Origin: Phoronis australis
Taxonomy: Eukaryota; Animalia; Phoronida
Length of the DNA: 64,000 nt
Reading direction: 5' to 3'
NCBI GenBank assembly: GCA_002633005.1
Contig: NMRA01000296.1
Span: 62,001-126,000, forward strand
In this document: piece after piece, positions 9,976 to 22,474 of the stretch
Numbering within the stretch: the first letter of the stretch is position 1
Layout of the letters: the number at the start of each line of letters is the position of its first letter
Made by a program: the position numbers and the translations under genes
Notes under the pieces: generated by a model
Databases searched by the model: none
What the model saw: the letters and a program-made list of their open reading frames with translations, nothing else
Told to the model about the DNA's origin: nothing

Positions 9976-12900
9976 TGTAGTGTTCGATTAAAAGAAAATG
10001 AGAAAGCACAACGTTTAAAATTTGTGGTGATGGAATTACCCAGTAAAAGAAAGACATATCTTAAACGATATATTTTTGAGATAGGCTTTGTGTGAAAGAA
10101 ACTTTTTTATTCACGAACATGCTATCTTTCGCAGCGCCCCCATGTGACATGAATAATGAGCGCTGCAAATAAAGCCACCTGGAATTTCTAAGAATATCCT
10201 AGATAATACCAGGGAAGGGCGCACACCAAAAATACTATAATTTCATCTCTTGGCCAACGTTGGTTATTATTATCGACCTTTTTTGCCACGTTCATGCAGG
10301 GGACTCAGCTTAGGCTTGTGCCGGCAACTAAAACGCCCTAGCTAAGCAAGAGTACTGGCATAAATTAGTTTCATCGTTGTGAACTTCCAGAAACGGAAAC
10401 TACTAAGTAATGACCCTCTTCCAGTATATCGAACCTGATTTTCACAAGCACTGCACTGGGAATCTAAATACTAAAAATACAATTAAATTACTAGTTTTAG
10501 TGCCCCCAAGCAATTGAAATAGCCCACCCCTCCGGGGTAAAACACCAGGGCCGGGTAGGCGTTTTGCCCTGAGTCTCACTGATTATCCGTCTGACAAGTT
10601 TATTTAATTTTCAAGAGATTTGCATGACGATGTAACACTGAGGATCGAGTTAAGAGTAATAGGCCTACAGTGTCAACTGTGTGAATGCTAGAGTATTAGA
10701 ATCGAATTATAGACCTATGGCTTTCATTGGTGAGCACAGAAGAAGGCGTCGTTGTATAAACATATTATTATTGCTATTGAAATAAAAGCTGGGAATGCTT
10801 TTTTATTACCATATGACGACGATGTTACTCTAGTTGGTGACTCTCATGTCGTGAACACATCCACTAAAACAAGAAACTGTAGGAACACCGCCTTTATCCA
10901 CCTTCACTCTTATCAGGCTTCTATTGTGAGTCAGCAAGCGTGAATAATTGGCTGATAAGCCACCTCTGGAACTACTTTTGGCTGAATGGATGAACAGGCC
11001 ATAAAATGATAATTAGCCAAGACCAGTTACTATAATGCAACAAAGAATATTGTCTTGCATCACCTAGCCTTGGTGGAAAGCTGTATACTGTATTGGCTCA
11101 AACAAACGCTTAGAAAAATTCATTTCACGGGGAGGGGACGCTTATTGTAGTGAGCCTACGGCAGTTGAAACCCGGTTTCCCAAACGGGTAAAATCGGAAG
11201 CTAGGATTCATCAAATTTACGNNNNNNNNNNNNNNNNNNNNNNNNNNNNNNNNNNNNNNNNNNNNNNNNNNNNNNNNNNNNNNNNNNNNNNNNNNNNNNN
11301 NNNNNNNNNNNNNNNNNNNNNNNNNNNNNNNNNNNNNNNNNNNNNNNNNNNNNNNNNNNNNNNNNNNNNNNNNNNNNNNNNNNNNNNNNNNNNNNNNNNN
11401 NNNNNNNNNNNNNNNNNNNNNNNNNNNNNNNNNNNNNNNNNNNNNNNNNNNNNNNNNNNNNNNNNNNNNNNNNNNNNNNNNNNNNNNNNNNNNNNNNNNN
11501 NNNNNNNNNNNNNNNNNNNNNNNNNNNNNNNNNNNNNNNNNNNNNNNNNNNNNNNNNNNNNNNNNNNNNNNNNNNNNNNNNNNNNNNNNNNNNNNNNNNN
11601 NNNNNNNNNNNNNNNNNNNNNNNNNNNNNNNNNNNNNNNNNNNNNNNNNNNNNNNNNNNNNNNNNNNNNNNNNNNNNNNNNNNNNNNNNNNNNNNNNNNN
11701 NNNNNNNNNNNNNNNNNNNNNNNNNNNNNNNNNNNNNNNNNNNNNNNNNNNNNNNNNNNNNNNNNNNNNNNNNNNNNNNNNNNNNNNNNNNNNNNNNNNN
11801 NNNNNNNNNNNNNNNNNNNNNNNNNNNNNNNNCCCCTCCCGACCTCCCCCATTCGGTGCTATGCGCATCTACAATCGTGGTTTGCGCAAATGCTTACAGC
11901 CGGACAAGATGTTGGGCCCCCCCCCTTGTGATATCCTAGATCCGCCACTGTAGAAGGTGATGTTGTACAACTTGCTGCAGGATACTCGCACGCAAAGCAA
12001 TGGATTTGGTTTAATATTCCCCGTCTCATCCTAGTAGAAACGCATTGGTCAGCCTTCAATTTTTTTGGACGAAATGACAGCACCCATTTTATTCTTTGGA
12101 ACAGAAAATGCTAAAACAAAATGCTGTACATGTAGTTACTGTACTGGTATTAAGATGACCAAGATCATTGCAAAGGGAAAGTGCAACCTTCAGGATTGAT
12201 CTGTGTCTATGGGTGGACTTATCAAATAGCTTTTGAAAAGATTGAAATTGCAAACGGATAAACTTCCAGTACAATGTTGTTGATGTAATGTGAAAGGCAA
12301 TTACACGGTTCTATTCAATTGGTTTCGGTCTTGTCTGTTTGAACTAGGGCGTTGATCAAGAAGAGTACTTTTTCGTCACAATTCAAATATAGGCTTTGCC
12401 AGTTGGTTGTCGGTTGTAGAAAATGCAAATAAGTACAAATTTTACAGAGGTGTTGAGTCTCACTTGTCTTCCTAAAACGGTATTTATGTGGGAAGCTGGC
12501 GCAGCAGCAGATATTTTTATATAGCGAACATTAGAGGTTTACCACAACTCACAAATTAAAAATTGAAAACGGCAGAAGAAATGGTATTCCTCGAAGAAAA
12601 AGAATTCGTAATATTTGTAATACAATAGAGATTGAGAGAGAAGTGCATTTCATGTTACGTTGTCAAGTCCGTATAGATTTAAGAAATAGATTCAGACCAC
12701 GTTGCCACTTTACAAACAACGGTATCGGGTCTCTTTTAAACTCGAGTGCAGTAAATACTTTTAAAATTATTTCAACGTATATTATACAAAGGTCAGTAAT
12801 GGTCAAAAGCGAAATATTGAATCTTTAAAAGGATTCCAAACCCCGTTTTGACGAATTCAACCAATCCTCGTTCAGTTTTCCGCTAACTTTGGCGTCAATT

Positions 12901-15529
12901 TTCCAAGTTAAAGGCGGAAATTAACTAAAAACTTATACCCCCGGTGTCACAAATTGTGTATAATTATTATGGTCCTTGTTGGGTGGCCCTTTCCCTCAGT
13001 TGCCATGAAAGAAGTTTTCAAAATTTTCTCCAAACTGTCGAGGGTTGTCGAGGGTTGCAGAGCGTATTATTTTGTTGCAGAGAACTGGATGGGAGAGTGG
13101 TTTTAGCATCTGTTAAGAGGTCAAAACCGGGTATCAGGCATCCTTTAGTTGCTGTGTACGCGTGTATAAATATGTTCGAACTGTGGACCGATGGCCTCTT
13201 GTTCAATAAAAGTATTATAGTTATCATAATTATTTTTAATCTTTATCATTATTACTACTATTATAACCTCCTATTTCTTCAAAAATATACCCCTCGTGTG
13301 GTTCACTACCAGGCGTGTACTCCTCAGGTATTCTACTTCCATCCGTTCTTTTTCGATTTTTTGCTGCCGATAGGGACTGCTCGACTTTTTCAAACACATT
13401 TGAAAACATCTTTTTTCGTTTCTTCCATTATTAGTTCATAGATACACACGAGCCTTCAGCTGTGGCGTAGAATGGTCATCGGTAGTGCATCCAACCTCGA
13501 AGATTTGAATTGTGTATACGCCGAGCTTACTGGACGCCCATTGTCATTTTCTCCCTCGATTACAGTAAAATTGTTCTCTACAAGTGCTTGTTCTTGTTCA
13601 ACCAGTTATTGATAACTTGATCGACTTTGGTCAATACCTTCCTTTCATGTTAACCAAATAAAAATCCATACAAAGCTCCCATGACCTTATCGCGTGCCGC
13701 TTACTTCATGATTAAACAAATGATGTCGCCGCGTTATCAACACATCGAACCGTTAGAGCGTAGATTCCAGGTAAGTGGAAGAAATACCCTAATGTTTCGT
13801 GTTGTTTGTCGCTCTTTAGATATTCCTTGCCATAATGAAATGATAATTGTTGATTTATGGTCTATGAACTAATGTCATTATTAACCGTAGATGTGTGTAT
13901 ATAGAGAGAGACATTGGTTACATTCGCTACTGTACTCAAGTTGACGTCACATTTCACCGACGATGTTCAGTGCTATGCTGAAAGATACTGTTTTAGAAGT
14001 GAAACGTTTTGCATAATAAACTGTTCGTAGAAACCTTGAACCAACTACGAATAAAATGTGCAGGTAGAAAATAGCTTATGGGACATTTCTTGAATTTTTC
14101 TGTTAGGTTAACCCTCGAAACCAGGCTGTATAAACTGCGTACTTCATATAAAACGGAATGCTGTTGAATTGATTGTATCGACAAGTAAATCCGTGTTCGG
14201 TATTTTCATGAATAAAATATTATCGATATGTAATGTTTTTGTAAATAACATGCAGCATATATTTCAAATCACTGTATATAGAGGTTGGCATCATATTTCA
14301 CGATAACAGTGACATGCTGTATTACAAGCAAATCGTTTTGCATAGTGAACTGCTGGGTGAGAATTTTAACCAAATACGAAAAAATATGCAAATAGAATAT
14401 ATCTTGTTTGCACTGTCTTCAAAATATTACGTACCGATAACATATAGCTCTCAGACGCCCTGCCGGATAGATCATGGCGGACAATATTGGTTTCAAAGGT
14501 CTTAATAAAAACTTAACCCACAGCTTATCAGATAGTATAACTGGTAAGTTAGCATAGGGATTATCGTTTGTACTAGTCGATAGGGTGGCCTTTGTTACAA
14601 CAGGGTCTTTCGAGAGTAGCATGGCTTGTACACGGAACAAATGTTATATATACTCAATAACGTACACTCAAACGTATTTCTCGGATACTAAGAACATGAG
14701 ATTAGTCAATCACATTACGTTTAGAATAACATGCGACCAAGTGAGAAAATTGTTTTCGACTTTCGCATGAAAAAGAGTTTTTGGCTACACAATGCCTAGG
14801 CTTGCTGCTTCTCCTGCCGCCAGAGACCCATGCCATCCTGCTGGTTCAAGCAGGCCTAATACTCAACACTGTGAATTGGCCTCGTGAATGCGGCGCTCAT
14901 TGGACTTTGCAGGCATTTGACTCTGAAGCGACTATCAATGAGGGTTTAAAAAATTACCTCGCTCATCAGACCTTGAGTCCCTGCCTAATGAGCCGGCAAC
15001 TCCAGTCATTGCCTACATTCGCAATTTTACCGCTGGCTATAACCCCAATAAACTCTCGATAAAGAATGCGAAACCGATTTCATGAGCAAAGGTTCCAATT
15101 CTATATTAGTTTTCAAGAAGCTAAACATGACGAAATCCAACCGCTTTAAAGCTGCTGTGAAAACGAGTTTCCGTCCAAACAAGTGAAGTTTTGTTTCGAC
15201 CTCTTACATGAAACCCCTTTGACTTCCTTAATCAGATTACGGATAATTCCTGGGCGTTTCGTTATATCACTGGCCTGAAAATAGGGTCAATGAGGCGTCG
15301 CTTTAGGACCCGAACATTGTCTCAAGAACTATCTTCCTGAGAGGAAAAGGATAGTGTTTTAGTATGATGGTAAGTGGTCTGAATCAAAAGTTATGTTGAC
15401 GGAAAATGAGCTCACTGCCAAGTTTGAAATAAGCTTCATTGTCAAAAGCCTAGCTACACTGAAATGTAAACTGGTTATTTGTTTTGTAGGTTTTCGTCAA
15501 AATGTGCAAGCTTTCCTTTGGATTTCATT

Positions 15530-16811
15530 ATGTATAGACAACAAATGGGTGGAAGAAAAAACATCAGGGGTGAGAACGTAACGCCATCCAGCGGAAGGCG
15601 ACGTGTTTCGGCCAGTTCCCCGTTACCTCCCATTTCCTCTCCGAGTGGGTCTTCTTTACCGCCTAATACAGTGAAAATAAGCGGCCAGTCAACACGACAC
15701 TCTTTACCATGGGAAGATAAAGATGAAAGCGCGAAGCTTGGGACTCAAGCATTGGTTGATAAACCTGAAGACAATAACAGGACCTCAACGAACTTTGGCG
15801 AGATCTCAAATCCGGTAATCCCCGCAGCTACAAACATTCAACAGACACCTAAAACATCCGGAGACGTTAGCAAACAATCACAAGACGAGCATCTTGACAT
15901 TGGCGATGCAGAAAAGGAAATACGAGCGGCCGTTACGAGATTGAAAAGCGAGGAAGCAAGTTACATAGGCAGGGATTGTAGACAGTTTTTCGAAAAAATA
16001 TTTCTTTGCAATACTTACAATTATACAAAGGAGCAACGAAAACGCCGAGCAACGATTTTACTGTACGAAGATTACATAGAGGAAGTATATTTGAAAATTC
16101 TTGAAGATGTTAAAGATAAAAAATGCTATGAAAGAAATGACGAACCAGCAGAAAACCTGAGAACGAATTTTCAGCGGGCAATGGCAACCATCTGGAACAC
16201 GTCCGATGCGTCTTCTGAAATTTGTCAGAGGATACTGGATCTTGGGGTTGTGGACAAGCATTTAGACATGTTAGCTTCTCCTGTATTTGAACCGAAATCT
16301 CTGGCGAATTCCGACAAGATTTACGTTGTCAAAGGACTGCTAGGAATAGCGCACAATGTGTGTCGGCACGTTGATGCCCGCGAGAGACTGCGCGCGGCTG
16401 GCGCGGTTGAAACGCTGCAGTCTTTCGTTCTTTCGAAGTATTTGATGATAAAGACAAAAGCTATACTGACGTTGGCTTATATAATCGATGAGGAAGAGAA
16501 CGATAAGATCCACGCATCAGATAAGAACACTGCGTTTATCGTCACTATTCTCAATTCAGCTCTTGAAGATGAATCTCATAAATCTCAGAAGTATGGGTTC
16601 TCAGTTTTGGAGCTCTTGCGGGGATTAAACAAAATGGCCGCCAACGACTCCAATAAATTAGCTTTAGTGAGGTGTGGTGCCTTACCTTTGTATGTGAAGT
16701 GTCTTGGCGGTTGTGAGAAAGAACAATTTCTATCAGCACAAGGCCTTTGGATATTAGCATTTGGCAAAGGTAATAAGCAGTTGATACGAAACGAACCAGG
16801 ATCTATGGAAG
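15530..16811 (+). CDS. Paralog B large exon (disordered region + ARM repeats)
   Basis: ORF 15479..16831. Acceptor ttttgtag|G at 15489/15490, donor G|GTAAGT at 16811/16812. Confidence 0.9.
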
Positions 16812-19800
16812 GTAAGTGCAAAGTGGTCTGAGTGGTTATTTTTTCATTATTTTTGTCATTTTGTTTGTGATTAAAGGGGTTTCAGTTGAAGACTTCGCTC
16901 GGAAATACAAGTCAATGTGAAGTATAGCCAGCCAGCTAGCTGTATGAAGACTGCCGTCAAAATACAGCTAGGTACCACTGTGTGTATTTGTTCCGTAGAC
17001 CCCGAAATTGCACGCAGCCAGGGTAGTTTTGCTCGTCATCGCGCCGTGAAACTTGTATCAAAATGTAAAGCTAAAAACTGGACGGGGCGCATGCAAAATC
17101 TGGGAATCAACCGATACTCACCTTGCCCGTTACAGCCATTTAAGTAAAAAACAATGCGATGAACGTCATTTTCTTGCGTAACTCTCCGCCTTTTCTAACA
17201 ATGAAAAGTATGACGTCGTTTTGAAAACTATACGCTCGTGTCACGCGCACGCGCCATTTCCTAAATTTTCGCGACAACTTCGGAAAAGCAAAATTTGTTC
17301 TGAAATTCGTTTTTTCGGTATCGAAATTCTAAAAACTTGTAATGAAGTGAAACCAGTTCCAATAATTTGTTGTGACGTGTACGCAAGCTCGTGAAAGAAC
17401 AGCAGTTGGATGAAGAATCGGCGAAAAAAGAAACTGGCCAATAGGTGACGCAATATTTCATGGCGTCGAAAGCCGTCGCTGAAGATCGCTCAACTTTAGC
17501 TGCAGAATAACGGTAGAACGCCATTTTTCCAACACTGTTAAATAATATTGTTTACTGAAGGAAGACTGTAGTTTTTAACGACACTAATTTTGTGTCAGAT
17601 TTTATCTTACCACTTTTTTACCCACATCGGTGCAAAGCTGTATTTTTATATACAGCTTTGTACCAAGGCTATGTGAAGTAATACATCTGATGGCTATTAA
17701 TCCTTTCAATGAAAAATCTTGAAATCAATCTAAAAACTCAAGATAGCGGGACAACTACCTGAGTGTATGAAGACTATCTTGGAAATACGGGATTGCAGTA
17801 AAACTAAACTCTAAAGTGCTTATGAAGATGTTGTTAATTTCATTTGTCACTTTTAGAAGCCCGGTTTGGCGTTTTTCTGTGAGTGATTACCTGTGCTGTA
17901 AACATTCGACAAAGCAGTTATGTCTTTGTTGATCTCTGCAGGATTAAAGAAGCTTTCGCAGAGTGGAAATGAGAAAATACAGGAAGCAGCCAGGGGTGCC
18001 TTGTGGGTACTCGAAGAAGAGCAGACGACGAAAGTAAATCCTCAGCATGAAAACCTGAAACACGTGATGATCAGTTATCAGTGGGACAATCAGCAGACGA
18101 TGTTATGGATAAAGGACATGCTAAAAGGGGCCGGTTATAAAGTATGGATGGACGTAGAGCAGATGGGTGAGTTGAAGATTTGTGGCGCTGGAGAAAGAAC
18201 ACGTGTATTCGCTAGTGTAGGCCCGTGTACGTAATAAATGTGTCATAAAACTAATGGAACCCTTGCCATGTGCTGGCATTTAAAAAGGAAGAAACCCTTA
18301 CCACTTCAAAACATTTTACATCCATACTAAGTAGGTCTACGTTTACCATAAAGCGTAAAAAACCTTTACCACGAAACGTGATGTCATCTGAGCTCAGGCA
18401 CACTTACCACGCACAAATATGGTTCAGTTTTTAATGATCTGGCTCTTTGTAAGTAGCAAGGTCTAGCGGTGACATTTTTCGCAGAGTGGTAAGGTTTCCC
18501 AGCCTATAATAACGGTTCGATTAGTATCGCTTCTGGTGACTTGACATTCATGGGTCCTTGTTGCAGAGGGCAGTATCTTGGAAGCCATGGCGTCAGCAGT
18601 GGAAAACGCTGCTGTTGTCATTATTTGTATGTCACAGAGGTACAAAGACAGCCCCAACTGTAGAACAGGTACGTTCATATTTATTAGAGCTCGACATAAT
18701 GGCGCTGGAAGAGCCTACCGTTGTCATTTTGATTGACGGCTGCTTTAGCTTATATATTGCAAATGGTACAACAAGGAGCACACCTACATGTAGTCTTGTA
18801 AACCTGGAAAGTGGTAAGAGGCGTTATTTCGATGAAGTGCGTCGGCGCTTTAGAAGCCCGGACCTCTAAAACTTAAAAAGTTATGTAGTATATAAAATGG
18901 TCACTTGCTTAGAGACATGGTTGGTTGTTAGCAGACGTTTCGATCTGGTTCGCCAGGTCTTTGTCGATGAATGATGAATTTCCCGCTTTTCGTTCGTTAA
19001 CAATGCTGGAGTACACGGGGGGTTAAGTGGAGTCCTCTGTCCCGGTTCAAGAGGGGGCGCTGACAGTTGATGTGTATGGCCTCGTTGAGCTTACGAGTAT
19101 GCCAAATTTGTTCCTTGGCTAGGATCCTGGATGACGCAAGAGAGATGGTGTGCCCAGTGGCCAAAATAGGTTATATAGGACCTTTGTAAACGACCTCAAC
19201 TCTAAGTCAGATACCAAGAAACTATACTTTTCCACCTTCAGAAAGGAGAAAGATTGAGAATTCTAAAAACAAGCTTCTTACTACTGTGTTTTATTAGTGT
19301 CACGTGACCATGTTTTTAAAAGTCAAATTTTCGTGTGCAAGAAAAGTATATTCATAGCAAAATAACCCCCAGCCGATTTTACTATAACGTTTTTTACAAA
19401 ATGAATATGCCTTGTATTTTGCAAGTTAATATGGCATAAAACCCGAATTAAGTGAATAATCAAAAAGTGCTAAAAGCGTGCAACTTTAGCTGTTTTAGAC
19501 TATCTTTGAAACCTTTCCAATCATCGATAAATGCATTGTTTTTCGGTCCCAGTTACCAATTCTAAACTAATCGGTATCTCTATATGTTTAAGAGGCCGAG
19601 TATACGTTCAAGTGCCGCAAGGACATCGTACCTCTTCGACTGCAGTCACGTTACACTCCCGACGGCTGGCTTGGTGCTATGATTGGCAATAGACTGTACT
19701 TCGATTTCAGCAAGCCCGACACATGGAGTACCACGTTACCGCAGTTAATAAGAGAATTGAAAGATAGGGGCAAATCTGTTGGTGAAATGAACCTGTTGGT

Positions 19801-21549
19801 TGAAAGTGAGGAAAGTGAGTGCTTAAAAATCCTCCTCTGATCGCCAAATCAAATGCAGACTTATTGCGATTTGTATGAGAAGTTGGTGTTAACACGGTGA
19901 ATTTGTTTTTGCATTCTTGCATGCTAGTATTACCCACTGCATTGGTTTTCATCCAATACAGACTGGGGCCAAAGCATTTGCTTTATTGGCTGTACCAGAG
20001 TTAGAATTGTAGTTGACAATATACATAGTGAATACCAGTCCACCGTATGTTTAAATACTTGACAGGTATTAGCAAGATTTGAGATTGCAGTTGCATATTT
20101 TGTATTGAGGACATTCAAACGTACCTCTCAATCCTGGCGTGAATTTTGAAAACTATGCAAACCGCTGAACATCAAATCAGTCGAGCAGTTGTTAAGATGA
20201 ACGTTTGTAATCGTAATGTTAATTTTAGCTGGAGCTGCAGCTTTAGCACACGTTAAGATAACTTTTTTAAATAAATCAACATCATTTTTTATTTAGATAA
20301 CAACGTCTTGAAGTCAGATTCTCCTGGTGTTGAATCGTGGACACGAGACGACGTCCAACAGTGGTTAATTAAACACGACTTGAAAGAATGCACCGACAAG
20401 TAAGCCAGTCTCAGTTTAATACTCTAAAAGCCTTTTCCTTTCATTAATTTGTTTTATTTACAAATTCGCCAGGTTTTGTTTTGTAAAAAAATTGACCACC
20501 TCAGGTTTCGTTCCTTGTACAGACACTTTACTCCTTAGTCTTTGGTGTATAACTGGTGTAACCATATTGCCTGTATAACAATCATTTGTTCTAATATTCA
20601 CCATGAAGGTTCAAGTGGATAGACACCGATTTTCATGTTTTTGAAAATAATCTGTTTAACTGAGACGAAAATGATTAATGCCATTTAAACGATTGGACCT
20701 TTGTCAATAGATTGTGACCAGTTCCTTTGTTTTGTGACTTGCAATCATGGCGAAATTGTGCTTTAAAAATAATGACTTCAACGCAGTCGCTGGAAGTTCC
20801 GTAACTGGTGTGTGCTATACCTGCGATGTATAGATGGCACTGTTATCTTGATTTCATTCGTATATCGAACTCCAAGCTTCCGGAATCAGCATATTTCACC
20901 AAAAGATAATATCATCAGGTAGCTTTTACAATGTATGTGTCATGCCTGGAACCTTTTCAAAAATGCTGTTTTTATAAAAAAACGTCTCTTTTTTGTCGCA
21001 CTTGTCCCGGATGGTCGTGACGAAAAAATTTTATCGGTCAGTCAAAGAAAATCTCAGTTCTCAAAGCTTACACCCAGGAATTTGGCGGGGAGGATCTCTC
21101 TTCTGTAAGAGTAATCCATGTCATATTCAAAGCGCATTCTGTGCCACTATTTCGCAATCTCCGGGGACCGAATACCCCGGGTGTCCAATTTCGCAAGTTA
21201 CACTTTAACTTTATATTACTTCGGACATCTCGACCAGTGCTTTTTTATTTTTAAATCACGTTTAAAAACAAGTCAAAATAAGCGAAATAGTTGTCTTTTC
21301 CTGATACCATGTATGAGTGTGTCCTTTGTCTGCTTACGTTTTGTGTTTTTTCAATCACAATTAAAACTGCATGAATTTTGCCTTTTTAGATTCCAAGAGT
21401 TTGACGGTAAAATTCTACAAGAACTTGTTCAGATGTGCCATTCATCACCTGAGTTTTATTACAAAGCTATGAAAGACGACTTCAAGTTAGACCTGCTACT
21501 GCTACTAAGGTTTACAAATGTTTTGAAATCTTTGATAAATGATTCTTGA
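15530..21549 (+). CDS. ARM-TIR-SAM protein, paralog B (complete, ~686-697 aa)
   Basis: Exons 15530-16811, 17942-18166, 18567-18668, 19593-19814 (or alternative donor at 19781), 20297-20399, 21390-21549 (TGA). All introns GT-AG. Total 2094 nt (or 2061), both multiples of 3, with no internal stop. The start could instead be ATG 15545. Confidence 0.9.
17942..18166 (+). CDS. Paralog B exon: last ARM helix + TIR start
   Basis: GLKKLSQSGNEKIQEAARGALWVL...HVMISYQWDNQ...VWMDVEQM. Splice sites cag| and G|GTGAG. Confidence 0.9.
18567..18668 (+). CDS. Paralog B exon: TIR BB-loop to alphaC
   Basis: Translates to EGSILEAMASAVENAAVVIICMSQRYKDSPNCRT, a different frame from the listed ORF. Splice sites ttgcag| and G|GTACG. 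Confidence 0.9.
18900..19162 (-). mobile_element. Penelope-like element 3' fragment in an intron of paralog B
   Basis: The - strand translates to GHTISLASSRILAKEQIWHTRKLNEAIHINCQRPLLNRDRGLHL (Penelope GIY-YIG C-terminus), followed by a stem-loop + GAAACGTC motif. Confidence 0.8.
19193..19460. mobile_element. Partial copy of the foldback element at 49820-50690
   Basis: Shares ACCTCAACTCTAAGTCA...GAAAGGAGAAAGAT...TGTCACGTGAC...AACCCCAGCCGATTTTACTA with 49871-50080. Confidence 0.75.
19593..19814 (+). CDS. Paralog B exon: TIR C-terminal half
   Basis: EAEYTFKCRKDIVPLRLQSRYTPDGWLGAMIGNRLYFDFS...LIREL. The 3' end is ambiguous between in-phase donors after 19781, 19805 and 19814. Confidence 0.85.
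20297..20399 (+). CDS. Paralog B exon: SAM domain start
   Basis: VESWTRDDVQQWLIKHDL fits the SAM helix-1 signature (V..W...DV..WL). Splice sites atttag| and AA|GTAAGC. Confidence 0.85.
21390..21549 (+). CDS. Paralog B last exon: SAM-like remainder
   Basis: FQEFDGKILQELVQMCHSSPEFYYKAMKDDFKLDLLLLLRFTNVL with the SAM F...DG..L motif. The phase-2 acceptor matches the previous exon. Confidence 0.85.
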
Positions 21550-21921
21550 CAAATTTAGTCCGGAGGTGAACGGGGCATTCAGGGTGTTGGTCTTGAGTCC
21601 CGTTGAACAGTGGAGGACAAAATGGGTAACGATGACACTAATTTTTAACGACGCCGTTGTCACTTAACTTAACTCAACAACTGAGATGTCAACGAAATTT
21701 CTCAAATGCGAAGACGAAATAGAGGTTTGCGATTGGTTACTCGTCAGGTTTGCCAAGATTGCGAAGACGTGCTTCGAGCCTCTTAACATATGTGCAAGGT
21801 CGTACCTGGTTAGGGAAGGTTGCTGCTTATGTTTCATCGGCGGTCTGTTGAAAGCCACAAAGACTTCGAGTTGAACTGAAGCTGACGCAAAGATATGCTG
21901 TAGTAGATCAGCTCTCTGTCC

Positions 21922-22474
21922 TTGACCAGCTGCTTTTTGGCGCCTTGATACATGTAGATTTAACTATTCACAGAAACATTTGTTGGAGAACACAGCTGCA
22001 TATTTCAGTCACACGTATTTACCTTCTTACGAATGAATCAAGCCAAAAAGACACGTGGGACATGTCCTGTCCATACCAAAGGTGCTCTCACGTGACTTAA
22101 ATCACGCAATATGTTCCTGCATGATGGCAGCACAACAGAGAGATGTGAATCGCGATCGTGTTTCGAGCATCGTTGCGCGTTGTACATTTAGAATCCCANT
22201 TGACCAGCTGCTTTTTGGCGCCTTGATACATGTAGATTTAACTATTCAGAAACATTTGTTGGAGAACACAGCTGCATATTTCAGTCACACGTATTTACCT
22301 TCTTACGAATGAATCAAGCCAAAAAGACACGTGGGACATGTCCTGTCCATACCAAAGGTGCTCTCACGTGACTTAAATCACGCAATATGTTCCTGCATGA
22401 TGGCAGCACAACAGAGAGATGTGAATCGCGATCGTGTTTCGAGCATCGTTGCGCGTTGTACATTTAGAATCCCA
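21922..22474. repeat. Near-identical ~277-bp tandem duplication joined by a single N (probable assembly artefact)
   Basis: 21922-22198 and 22200-22474 are identical except for a 2-bp indel. N at 22199. Confidence 0.85.

Noticed and set aside
11125-11868. Long ORFs of X residues
   Set aside because: They span the N gap at 11222-11831 and are artefacts.
15530-21549. Naming the gene SARM1
   Set aside because: The domain order and TIR sequence differ from SARM1/TIR-1, so it is treated as a separate family.
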